Positions 9,193 through 18,020 of a stretch of DNA of 64,000 nt are shown piece after piece. The DNA is taken from positions 90,667 to 154,666 of the forward strand of contig DASZPH010000038.1 in assembly GCA_035550375.1 (NCBI GenBank), read 5' to 3'. The notes under the pieces were generated by a model. It saw only the letters and a program-made list of their open reading frames with translations. It did no database searches and was not told the DNA's origin. Made by a program: the position numbers and the translations under genes. Position 1 is the stretch's first letter, and each line of letters opens with the position of its first letter. Source of the DNA: Pirellulales bacterium (lineage in GTDB: Bacteria; Planctomycetota; Planctomycetia; Pirellulales; JAICIG01).

Positions 9193-10761
9193 ATGAGCAC
9201 CACCGGCAAAAAAATGCAGCGCAAATTTGCGGCAAGCACGGGCGTCTTCGCGTTCTGCCTGTCGGCCCTGGTTCTCTACCTCGGCGCCGTTCCGTCACGT
9301 CAACCGCCCGCGGCGACCCTCGCCGCGAGCAAGCCGCCTTCGCCCGTCGAGACCGCGACTGACGCGCAACCGACGCCGCCCGACAACGCTCCCCCCAGTC
9401 CCTCCCTTGCCGAGCGCAACGCGCCGCAACCGGAGCGGGAAGCGAGCGAGCCCGCCGCGACGATCGCCAGCGAAATCGTGGACGAGCCGACGAAAAACGA
9501 CCAGCCGGCAAGCGGTCCGGCGAAGCTCCCGGCCCCGGCCGACGGCCCTGCTGTCGCCAAAGAGAAGGCCGATTCGTCCCCGCCGGCGGTGAGAATCGGT
9601 GTCGACCAGGTGTCGGGGACCGTGGTCTACATCCCCTTCGTTGCCTCGGCCGCGCCGGCCCCCCGCGTGCGGGACGAAAACGGCGTCGTGTTCTCCGGCC
9701 GCTCTGACCAGATCGCCCTGGTCAAGACCCAGATGCGGCAACTCCTCGACCAGATGGGGTGGACCGACAACCAGGTGCTGGTGCGGGAAGCGGCTCGGGG
9801 CGAGCGAATCGCTTTTACTCTCAACAGCGCGCCCGGCGACACGAACACGTTCGTCCTTTCCCAGCAGCGAGAGCTCGGCATTGCCCCCGAAGTGATCGGC
9901 TACGCCGACCGGCACGGGAAGAAAAAGACACTCGCCCTGGTTTCGCAGAAAGAAATACTGGCGACCATGCTGCAAGCGGGCCGGACCTTCTTGTTCAGCG
10001 ACGCCAACTGCAGGGTGGATCTGCTGAAGGAACAGATCGCCTTGCGGCAGAACGTCGTGTACTGGGGGATGCGGGCTGACTGGGTCTTTCCGGAAGACAA
10101 GCTGTATCGATACAACACGGCCGACTACTGGCAGGTGATGAAGGGGGACGACTGGACGCTTAAGCCCGGCATCAAGGTGAGCGAAGCGATCGCCGACGCC
10201 TTCGTGGGCAAATTCTCCTACCAGATCGGCTGCACCAGCGCGTGCCGCTTCATCTTCGCGCACGGCATTCTCGATTTTTATCGAGCGGTGCGACCGAATC
10301 CGCCGGTGATTGTCAGGCTCGCCCAACTGCTCGATAACCAACGGCCGTTTGTCGACATCGCGCCGACCGTCAACCGCAACCGAGTTGTCGTGAAGGAAGG
10401 CCGGCTGATGGAACGGCACACCGACGTGCCCTGGAACAACTGGGTGCCGGGAGATTGGGGCTGGATCAGGAACGACGACCACAAATCGGCCGAAGAGTTG
10501 GGAAGCGAAGGCTGCAACATCATCTACGCGGGGGGCGGCTTTTTCGTCAACTATTATCCTGAACGGCCGCCCAAGACGCTCGACCAGGCGATCAAGCGGG
10601 TATTCGGCTGGCGGTTCGGCCTGGAGGAATCCGAGCTCGACTTGCCCGCCGATCTGATGCAGCAACTTCGCGAAGATCCTCGCTCGGGCGGGATGCTCCG
10701 CGACGTTCGCGATTACCCGCGAACGTTTGGAGGCGCGGCGCCGGTTCAGCCGGGAGCCTGA
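9193..10761 (+). CDS. membrane-anchored protein with Pro/Ala-rich linker and uncharacterised C-terminal globular domain
   Basis: TM anchor FAFCLSALVLYLGAV, a roughly 130-aa P/A/E-rich linker, then about 380 aa of globular sequence. The longest ORF starts at 9121. ATG 9193 or ATG 9214 is more plausible. Confidence 0.6.
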   Translation: MSTTGKKMQRKFAASTGVFAFCLSALVLYLGAVPSRQPPAATLAASKPPSPVETATDAQPTPPDNAPPSPSLAERNAPQPEREASEPAATIASEIVDEPTKNDQPASGPAKLPAPADGPAVAKEKADSSPPAVRIGVDQVSGTVVYIPFVASAAPAPRVRDENGVVFSGRSDQIALVKTQMRQLLDQMGWTDNQVLVREAARGERIAFTLNSAPGDTNTFVLSQQRELGIAPEVIGYADRHGKKKTLALVSQKEILATMLQAGRTFLFSDANCRVDLLKEQIALRQNVVYWGMRADWVFPEDKLYRYNTADYWQVMKGDDWTLKPGIKVSEAIADAFVGKFSYQIGCTSACRFIFAHGILDFYRAVRPNPPVIVRLAQLLDNQRPFVDIAPTVNRNRVVVKEGRLMERHTDVPWNNWVPGDWGWIRNDDHKSAEELGSEGCNIIYAGGGFFVNYYPERPPKTLDQAIKRVFGWRFGLEESELDLPADLMQQLREDPRSGGMLRDVRDYPRTFGGAAPVQPGA

Positions 10762-10857
10762 ATAGCCGCGCGCAATTAGCAGACGCACGTCTTGTTGCCC
10801 AACGAAAGCACATCCTTTCGCGGGAGCGAAAGGCGACTTTGGGTCGCTGAACGTGCA

Positions 10858-12207
10858 CTACTTTCGTCGTTCGTCGGTTACCGCTACGGCGAACCCCTCG
10901 ATCCGATTCTCGGCCAGCTTCAGGTCGCGGACCTCGGAACCAATCCGCACGCCGATCCGACCCATCGGCTGGCGAGTCTCGCGGATATCGTTGCCGGCGA
11001 TCGTGACCGCCTCGGTCTGCCCCTGCACGTCGACGCCGATCCCCTTGTCGGTGCCGCTGTCGAGGATGCGGTTGCGCTCCAAGCGGTTGCGGTGGGGCGC
11101 GAAATCCTTGCCCCGCTCCGGCCGGAAGAGCACACCTGACTCGCCGCTGGCCATGATCTCGTTGTCGCAGATGAGATTGTTGGTGTCGCGGTGGCCGATC
11201 GAGACGCCGTATTTGCGGTTGCCACGAATGGAGTTTTTCTCGGCGAGCCCGTACTTCACGCCCCAGCAGAAGAAGATGCCGATGTCGTTCTCCTCCAGCC
11301 GGTTGCCGCGGATGACAGGCCGCTGCGACCCCGAGCCGGGATGCAGCCCCAGGCCCGTATTCCCGCGGCTAACGCAGTTTTCGACGGTCACGTCGTGGCA
11401 GATCTGCCAGCTTATGCCGTCGCCGTTGTAGTTTCGCGCCGTGACGCCGCGGATGGCGATGCGATTGCAGTCCTGCAGAAAAATGCAACCGGCGTAGTTG
11501 CCGTCAAGATTGTCGTTGTGCTCTCTGTCGCCGTCGAGCACGAGGTTCTCGATCGCAACGCCAGAAATGTTCTCGCCGCTGAGAATGGGAAACAGGGTGG
11601 AGGCGGTCGATTCGCCCATTAGCCAGAAGTTTTGCCGCAGGGCACGGTCGAGCTTGAAGCGGTTGCCGTCGCGGGCCACAAGCGTCCGTTTGGCGACGTC
11701 GGTGCCACCGTTGTGCGGATTGCGCGTGCGCAGGCAGACGCCGTCGCCCACGTGAAAGCCCGACGAGTCGGTAAGCGTAATTTCCTGGTCATACCAGTCG
11801 GAGTCGGCCGAGAGCTTTGTCGCGGCCGAGGGCGCCTTGACCAACACGCTGTCGTCGCCGCTGCCCAGCAAGCGAACTTTCGATTGCAGGTAGACCGCGT
11901 TTCGCAGCAGATAATTCCCCGGCAGAATCTTCACGGTCCCGCCGCCCAACCGGGCCACGTAATCAACGGCGGCCTGCAGCGCGCGGTCGCTGTCTCCCAC
12001 GAGGTCGGCCTTCGCCGGGCCGACCGTGAGCATGAGTTTTTCTTTCCAGTCGGGTTCGACGGCGTCGTCGCCCGACGTGGCCCGCGGCTCGATCACCGCC
12101 GGCCGCTCCTCGGCAAGCAAGGGATAGGCCGCGCCGGCCGCGGCCAGCGCACTGGTGGACGCCAGGAATCGACGACGTGTAAGAAACGTCAAGGGGCGAT
12201 TGGTCAT
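10858..12207 (-). CDS. Tat-exported right-handed parallel beta-helix repeat protein (pectate-lyase/NosD-like fold)
   Basis: Tat motif TRRRFLASTSALAAAGAA. Successive beta-helix turns of the form N.I.GN / I.I..N: AIENLVLDG, AIRGVTARN, VTVENCVSRGN, IRGNRLEEND, EKNSIRGNRKYGVSIG, CDNEIMASG, NRLERNRI, IAGNDIRE. Confidence 0.8.
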   Translation of the reverse strand: MTNRPLTFLTRRRFLASTSALAAAGAAYPLLAEERPAVIEPRATSGDDAVEPDWKEKLMLTVGPAKADLVGDSDRALQAAVDYVARLGGGTVKILPGNYLLRNAVYLQSKVRLLGSGDDSVLVKAPSAATKLSADSDWYDQEITLTDSSGFHVGDGVCLRTRNPHNGGTDVAKRTLVARDGNRFKLDRALRQNFWLMGESTASTLFPILSGENISGVAIENLVLDGDREHNDNLDGNYAGCIFLQDCNRIAIRGVTARNYNGDGISWQICHDVTVENCVSRGNTGLGLHPGSGSQRPVIRGNRLEENDIGIFFCWGVKYGLAEKNSIRGNRKYGVSIGHRDTNNLICDNEIMASGESGVLFRPERGKDFAPHRNRLERNRILDSGTDKGIGVDVQGQTEAVTIAGNDIRETRQPMGRIGVRIGSEVRDLKLAENRIEGFAVAVTDERRK

Positions 12208-12302
12208 GAATGCCTCGGCTTAGTCGGGGGACCGAGACGCCATTTTATACGTCAGGCGGCTGAAATTGAACGTGCGAGAGGGTCGTTCGCCGCGACGGGC
12301 GG

Positions 12303-12557
12303 TCAAAGCTCGGATGAGTTCTGCCAGGCAGGAACGATCTGCGACGTTTCGTCCTGCTCGTCGAGTTTGGTTTCCGGGCGGTTCAGCGCGATCCAGACAA
12401 GCGTCGCAACCGCCGAACCGCCGAACATGGCTAAGGCCGTGCTGTAACCCACAAGCGACAGCAGAAGTCCGGTCAGACCCACGCCGGACATGATCACGGC
12501 GCTAAGCAGTGGAATCTTAGGCGCGCTCGCGATAAGCCGCGCCGCGCGTTTTTGCAT
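12303..12557 (-). CDS. possible small two-TM membrane protein
   Basis: 84-aa ORF with two hydrophobic stretches (LLSAVIMSGVGLTGLLLSLVGY and MFGGSAVATLVWIAL). No recognisable family. Weak call. Confidence 0.3.
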   Translation of the reverse strand: MQKRAARLIASAPKIPLLSAVIMSGVGLTGLLLSLVGYSTALAMFGGSAVATLVWIALNRPETKLDEQDETSQIVPAWQNSSEL

Positions 12558-12982
12558 TTCTGAAGGTGAGGGCGGCGCCGACGGCGCCGCACGGCGCTGA
12601 ACACCTCACCGCTGTTTGACGCACTTCGCGGGAGGCGGACTGCTTTTTTTGAGCTGCGGGATGTATTCGTGGTCCGTGCCGACGTCGAAGGCGTGCACCG
12701 CAAAGAAGTGGAATCCCAGGCCCGACACGCCCAAGGCCATAAGCAGTCCGACGGGCACAATCAACGGAAGCGATCCGGCAAGCCTATTCATCAGCAGCAG
12801 TCTCGTAGAGGAGGCCAATTCGCTCGGCAACTCTACGTCGCCCCCGATGCTGGAACAAATCGCGCGCCGAGTCAGACATCTCGTTTCAAGAGCGCTACTT
12901 CCGGATGCGCCGGCCGCGGCTATCGCTGGTAGCGAAGACGAGAGTCGTAGCGGCACGCCAGAACCGGCTATACGACGCCAAC

Positions 12983-15900
12983 TCAGGCCGCTTCGATTTC
13001 GTCTTCGTCGTCGTGGGAAGGCCAGTCGTCGGAATCGTTATAAAGAGGTTCCTCGTCGGGCCAAAGAGGCGCTTCGTCGTCGATATCGAAGGGGGCGGCC
13101 TCCTCGCCCGCCGCAGAAACCTCGACTTCGTCTTCCTCTTCGTCCAGTTCCTCGTCGACCGGCTCGTGCCAGTTTGTGTCCGCGAACGGGTGTTGCATCT
13201 GGTCTCCCCGCACCACGGTGACGCGATGGGGTCGTTCGTCCTGCTGATCGGCCGGCGGCTCGTCGGCGGGCGCCTCGTGAACCGCAGGTGTCCCTCTCTT
13301 GCGCCCGGATTTGCGGCGTTTGCGTTTGACCGGCTTGACTGGCTCGTCATCTTCTTCGTCATCGTCGGCGAGCTCGATCATGCCGTCGCCGGCCGGTTCG
13401 GGATGCCACGCCACGGCTGCCTCGTGTTTTTTCCGTTCGCCTTCTTCGGTTTCGCGATGCTCCGCAGCAGGCTCGGCCGGAACGTCGGCGATCTGCCGAG
13501 GGTAGACGACCGTGATCGGTTCCGAATCGTCGTTGGCCGGCAGTTCGTGAGCGGCAACCTTGAGGTGGCGAAACAGCTTCCAAAGGTGCTCGTGGCAAGT
13601 AAAGACCAGCACCTGGTGGCCCGACTCCGCAAAGTCACGCAGCACCCCCGCGGCCGCTTTGGCCCGCCGAGCGTCGAAGTTGACCAGCACGTCGTCAAGC
13701 ACGAGAGGCAGATCGACTCCCCGGCGGGCGTAAACGCGTACCAGGGCTAACCGCAGGCTCAGAAAAAGTTGTTCGCGCGTGCCGCGGCTCAACACCTCGA
13801 CGCTCAGGGTCCGCCCGTCGCTATCGTCGACTTTCAAGCCTCGCTCGCCCAGCGGGGCCCAAACTCGCGTGTAACGGCCTCCGGTCAAAGGCCGCAAATA
13901 CTCCGACGCCTGCTTGAGCGCTTCCGGCTGGCGGTCGGTTTCGTAGGCGCGGCGAACGCCGTCGAGAGTGGACTCCGTGACCGTCAGGGCGCGCCAGCGG
14001 TCGATGGCCTCGCGGATCTGATCTTCAACCATTTCAAGATCCACCAGCCGCGAGGCGAGAGACCTGTCTTCAACGAGCAAGGTCGCCTCTTGCTCTAATC
14101 GACCTCGCTGCTCGTAGAGCGCGTGCAGTCGGCTGGTGAGCTGCTTGACCTGACCGGCCAGCTCGGTTCCCCGCGTTGCAAGCTCTGGGGACTCGACTCC
14201 GTCCAGCCAGCCGCGCACCTCCTCTTCGCTGAGCCGTCCGGCCAACCCCAGGGCGATATCTCGTGACAGACCGTCTCGCGCGTCGGCCAGGGACCGTCGT
14301 CGCGCATGTTCGGCCGCCCTCTCGCGCAGTTCCGCTTCGCTGGCCGCCGCCGCTTCGCCCAGCAATTGCTGGCGCCTTTGCTCTCCGCGGCGTATGGCTG
14401 CCGCCAGTTTGCTCTGCTGGCGGCGCAATCGGATCGACCGCTCGTTTAAGGCGTCGCGTTGCGCCGACACGACCTGATGGGCCGCGAGCTGCGCCGTCAA
14501 TTGGTTGAGCTGGTCCGCGGGCCGATCGCTGACGGGCTTCAGTCCCACGTCGGCCAGGAGCTGCTTGATCCGGCCCGACAGCAGGTCGTACTCGCCCTGT
14601 CGCTTGTGCAGTTCGTCGTAGCGACGTTCTTGCTCCCGTCTCACTCCGGCCATCTCGCCGTGGCGGCCCGCGAGCCGTTTCACGACTTTGACCGTGAGGT
14701 GCTTGGGCAGACCGGCCGACGAGAGGGCTTGCTCCCAGCGCCGGCGGGCGTCGCGAAGCTCAGCCTCAGCCGCGGCAAGGCGACCGCGCGCCGCCTGAGC
14801 CGCGGCCAGCGCGGCTTGCCGCTGCGAGTCGACGCCGAGCAACTCTTCCAGCGCCGCCAGGTCTTTCTCGGCGGTTTGCAGTCGGGTCAAGAGCGGGCCG
14901 CCGCCTCGCGGCAGTTGGGCGTCGAGCGATTCCCGCTCTTCTTTGGCCTGTTTGATTTGTGAGGCGAGTATGGTGGCCTGTTTTTGGCAGGCGTCGAGCT
15001 GGTTCGCGGCCGATCGATCGAGCAGGTATTTTCCGCCCGCCCCGCCCGCCGCCCCGAGCGCGCCGATCGCGGCCAGCGCCCAACCGGCCGAACCGACCAA
15101 CGACAACGGGAGGAACATGCTGGCCAGCACCAGGACGACACCGAGCACGAACACGGCCCCCAACCCGATCAGGACCCAGGCGGGCAAAAGCTGGCGGTCG
15201 AGCAGCAGCCGGCCCTGATCCGCCAGTTCTCCCTCGTGCCGGGCGAGTTGGCTGAGCCGTTCGTCGACTTGCACACGTCGGCGGAGCTGCGCAACCAGGT
15301 TGCCCGCACGCTCCAGCGCGGGCGCAAGTTCCTTTTCTTTGCTTTCGCTAAGGGCCGAGCGGATTTGGCCGGCCAACTCTTCGGCCTGCCGAGTCGATTC
15401 GCTTTCTTCCTGCCGGGCGGTGCGGAGCCGGGCTTGGGGCCTCGCCAAAGCGCGGGCCGCCGGCCGCAGACGCTTGACGGCGGCATCGCTCACAGTGAGC
15501 TTGTCCGACGCCCGTTTGCCTTCCAGGCCCAGGTCACGGTGATACTGCGCCAGACCGCTTTCCAACCTGGCGATTTCCGACGTCAGCTCGTCGACCTGAG
15601 TCTCGAGCGTATTCAGCCAAGCCTCTTGCTCGGCCAGCCCCTCGATGCGCGGCGCGTGGCGGGCCAGCTTGGGGTTAAAGTCGAGGGCGGCCGCCTCGGC
15701 GCGCAGGTTCCGCCTCGTGCGGACGATTTCGGCGATTCGCCGCCGACGAGACTCCAGCGCCTCGTTGACCTGGTCCAACCGCTCGATCGTCCCTGAGGGA
15801 ACGGCGGCCAACGGCGGCAGCGCCGCGATCTGGCGTATCAGCTCCTTCCGCCTGTGCCACGGCACGCGGACGGCCAACGCCGTTTCCACGGCCCGCGCCG

Positions 15901-16612
15901 CCCGCTCCAACTCAGCCCGTTCGGCCTCGCTGGCTTCAACGTCGCGGGCAAGCTCGCTCAGTTCGTGAACAATGGCCGCCTGCCGATGCACTTGCGAGCG
16001 TAGCTCGTCGATTTCGCTCCGAAGTCGGCCGCCTTCTTTAAGCAATTCGCCGAGGCGACAGGCCGCCGGCTCGGTCGACAGGATCCGGCGCCGCGCGCTC
16101 GACAGCTCGCGGAGCATGTCGCAGAGGCCGATTCCGCTGAAGCCGACAGAAAGATGGTACAGGAATTCGGCCGCGGCCGAATCGCTGAGCGTGCCGAGTT
16201 CCTGCATCTCGCGCAGCCCCACGGCGAACACCTGGTTGAACGTCGCCTCGCCGATCCCGCCCAGCAGACCTTTTTGCAGCAGGAGACCGTCGGACTGCAG
16301 GGCTCCGTCGCTCGACAGAATTCGCAGCTCTCCGTCACCGGGCTCGTCGGCCGCATGCCGGCGGATGGTGAAGCGCCCGGCGGCGCCGGCCACCACCAGC
16401 GCGCCCCCCCGCTTTCCGCCGTGAACGGGCGGAAGATAACGCTGCCAGCGTTGCGGCGAGAAACCGTAGAGCATGCTCCTTAGGAACTCGAGAAGGGTCG
16501 TCTTGCCCGCCTCGTTGGGACCGTAGAGCACGGTCATCCGGTCGGCCAGATTCTCGAGTTTCAGGCCGCTCCAGACGCCGAAGCCGTCGACCTCGGCCGA
16601 CACCAGTTTCAT
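12983..16612 (-). CDS. SMC/Rad50/SbcC-like AAA ATPase (YhaN-type) with internal membrane hairpin and acidic C-terminal tail
   Basis: N-terminal Walker A (LYGPNEAGKTTLLEF). About 900 aa of Ala/Glu/Arg/Leu coiled coil. C-terminal signature LSRGTREQL, Walker B LPLVLDDVLVNFD and H-loop FTCHEH. Its ATG overlaps the upstream stop codon (ATGA). Confidence 0.85.
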   Translation of the reverse strand: MKLVSAEVDGFGVWSGLKLENLADRMTVLYGPNEAGKTTLLEFLRSMLYGFSPQRWQRYLPPVHGGKRGGALVVAGAAGRFTIRRHAADEPGDGELRILSSDGALQSDGLLLQKGLLGGIGEATFNQVFAVGLREMQELGTLSDSAAAEFLYHLSVGFSGIGLCDMLRELSSARRRILSTEPAACRLGELLKEGGRLRSEIDELRSQVHRQAAIVHELSELARDVEASEAERAELERAARAVETALAVRVPWHRRKELIRQIAALPPLAAVPSGTIERLDQVNEALESRRRRIAEIVRTRRNLRAEAAALDFNPKLARHAPRIEGLAEQEAWLNTLETQVDELTSEIARLESGLAQYHRDLGLEGKRASDKLTVSDAAVKRLRPAARALARPQARLRTARQEESESTRQAEELAGQIRSALSESKEKELAPALERAGNLVAQLRRRVQVDERLSQLARHEGELADQGRLLLDRQLLPAWVLIGLGAVFVLGVVLVLASMFLPLSLVGSAGWALAAIGALGAAGGAGGKYLLDRSAANQLDACQKQATILASQIKQAKEERESLDAQLPRGGGPLLTRLQTAEKDLAALEELLGVDSQRQAALAAAQAARGRLAAAEAELRDARRRWEQALSSAGLPKHLTVKVVKRLAGRHGEMAGVRREQERRYDELHKRQGEYDLLSGRIKQLLADVGLKPVSDRPADQLNQLTAQLAAHQVVSAQRDALNERSIRLRRQQSKLAAAIRRGEQRRQQLLGEAAAASEAELRERAAEHARRRSLADARDGLSRDIALGLAGRLSEEEVRGWLDGVESPELATRGTELAGQVKQLTSRLHALYEQRGRLEQEATLLVEDRSLASRLVDLEMVEDQIREAIDRWRALTVTESTLDGVRRAYETDRQPEALKQASEYLRPLTGGRYTRVWAPLGERGLKVDDSDGRTLSVEVLSRGTREQLFLSLRLALVRVYARRGVDLPLVLDDVLVNFDARRAKAAAGVLRDFAESGHQVLVFTCHEHLWKLFRHLKVAAHELPANDDSEPITVVYPRQIADVPAEPAAEHRETEEGERKKHEAAVAWHPEPAGDGMIELADDDEEDDEPVKPVKRKRRKSGRKRGTPAVHEAPADEPPADQQDERPHRVTVVRGDQMQHPFADTNWHEPVDEELDEEEDEVEVSAAGEEAAPFDIDDEAPLWPDEEPLYNDSDDWPSHDDEDEIEAA

Positions 16613-17877
16613 GGCTGGCCCTCCTTGTGTGGCCTGGCGGCATCAGACGCCGCCAGCAGATCGGCGCCGATCGCCGCCGCCATCTGCAAAACACGGCGTC
16701 GATCGGCGTCGGTGACGCGGGCCAGTCGCCTCGCTTTCCGGCCCTCTCCGACCATTTGCTCGACCGGTCCGACGAGATCGGTGGGATCGTGCGTCCCGTC
16801 AAATTGCGCCAGCGAACGGAGGAAATCGCCCAGGAGCGAATCTTGCTCCGACCAAACGGGCGGGACGGCCGCCTCCGGTTCCAGTTCGATCGACAGTCCG
16901 CAGACGATCGGCGTTTCCTGTTCCAGGCGGCGGTCCAATCGGGCCAGAATCTGGCTGGCCAAATCGCCGCGCCGCATGGCAGCCACGAGCGGTCCGCTGC
17001 CGCCGACGCTCCATGAGACAAGCAGGTTCACGTCGGGTACGCTGCTGCGCAACTCGTGGGCCTGGTCGGCGAGCCGGTTTTCCAGGTCGTCGAGGGTGGT
17101 CGACTCGCCGACGGTCACCCGCCGGCGGCAGAAGCGGACGACCTCCGTGGCGAGGGACCGCGTGTGCAAGCGGCCTTCTTCATCGAGCTCCACCAACGTG
17201 CAGCCGTGGGTGCTTGTTTCGTCGGGCCGGCGAGCCTGGGGCGAACCCGAGTACTGGGCCGCCTGGAGACCTTCCAAGATGGCCGCACGGCTGTGTCTGC
17301 CACCCAGCGCCCAGTAGGTCAGGCCTCTCGATGGCAGCGCCTGCCGGTCGGCGCGCCCCTGTGTCACGGCGATCGTCGGCAGGCCGTCCGGATCGGCCCA
17401 GAAATCGGTCGCCCGGATCTTGCCGCCCCGCGGACGGTTCGCGCCGATGACGCGCGCCGCGACCCGGCCATCGACGTCTACGTCGAATGCTTCCGGACGA
17501 CGACCGGAGAAACGAAAGACGTTGTCGGGCAGGCGGAGTGCAGCCGGCCATTGCTGGGGACGATCAACCCTTCCGGCCGCCCAGTAAACGGGTATCTGGC
17601 GGTGGGCCAAACGTTCAAACTGCCGTATGAGGAACGCCGCGCCGCGTGGCCCGGCCAACTCCACGTCCAGAATGTCGCCTGCCAGAACGACGAAATCGGC
17701 TTGCTCGGCCAGGGCCGCGCTCACCACCTTTTCCGCCGCCAGGTAGGTGGCGTCGGCGAACAGGTTGCCGAGCTTGCCTCTGAGATCGAGTCGCGGGCGA
17801 ACCTGGGCCAGGCCGCCCAGCGGGCGTTCCAAATGCCAGTCGCTGCTATGGATAAATCGCAGCCGCCGTCGGGACAT
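16609..17877 (-). CDS. SbcD/Mre11-like calcineurin-type metallophosphoesterase (YhaO-type)
   Basis: Motif I IHSSDWH and motif II VVLAGDILD. ATG 17877 is preceded by GGAGG-N5. The longest ORF starts at 17901 and has no SD. Translationally coupled to the ATPase gene. Confidence 0.8.
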   Translation of the reverse strand: MSRRRLRFIHSSDWHLERPLGGLAQVRPRLDLRGKLGNLFADATYLAAEKVVSAALAEQADFVVLAGDILDVELAGPRGAAFLIRQFERLAHRQIPVYWAAGRVDRPQQWPAALRLPDNVFRFSGRRPEAFDVDVDGRVAARVIGANRPRGGKIRATDFWADPDGLPTIAVTQGRADRQALPSRGLTYWALGGRHSRAAILEGLQAAQYSGSPQARRPDETSTHGCTLVELDEEGRLHTRSLATEVVRFCRRRVTVGESTTLDDLENRLADQAHELRSSVPDVNLLVSWSVGGSGPLVAAMRRGDLASQILARLDRRLEQETPIVCGLSIELEPEAAVPPVWSEQDSLLGDFLRSLAQFDGTHDPTDLVGPVEQMVGEGRKARRLARVTDADRRRVLQMAAAIGADLLAASDAARPHKEGQP

Positions 17878-18020
17878 GGGCGCCTCCGTGTGCCTCCCCA
17901 TCGCGGTAATTTTCGACGGGGTAGTGTAGCCAAGCCAGGCAGTCCGTGCTAGCTCAATAAGGTGCCCGGCTTATCTCGAAACCCGTTCGTCGACATGTGG
18001 AGGCCTTTGTCCTTCGTTCC

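Noticed and set aside
9295-10788. 497-aa minus-strand ORF antisense to 9193..10761.
   Set aside because: It has the Arg/Gly/Pro-rich composition typical of antisense frames in high-GC DNA, with no motifs. The plus-strand frame has a TM anchor and a sensible domain organisation.
12606-12956. 116-aa minus-strand ORF. An internal ATG at 12791 would give a 61-aa hydrophobic peptide (MNRLAGSLPLIVPVGLLMALGVSGLGFHFF...).
   Set aside because: It has no SD and no recognisable family, and it overlaps equally long ORFs in other frames. Support is insufficient to list it as a feature, although a small membrane protein is possible.
12983-17901. Reading the SbcD/SbcC-like pair as a Lamassu-, Wadjet- or Gabija-type anti-phage defence system.
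   Set aside because: Only two genes are present. The characteristic partners (kleisin/JetABD, LmuA effector, helicase, HNH) are absent, and the flanks are non-mobile. I kept it as an unusual YhaO/YhaN-like pair, not a defence call.
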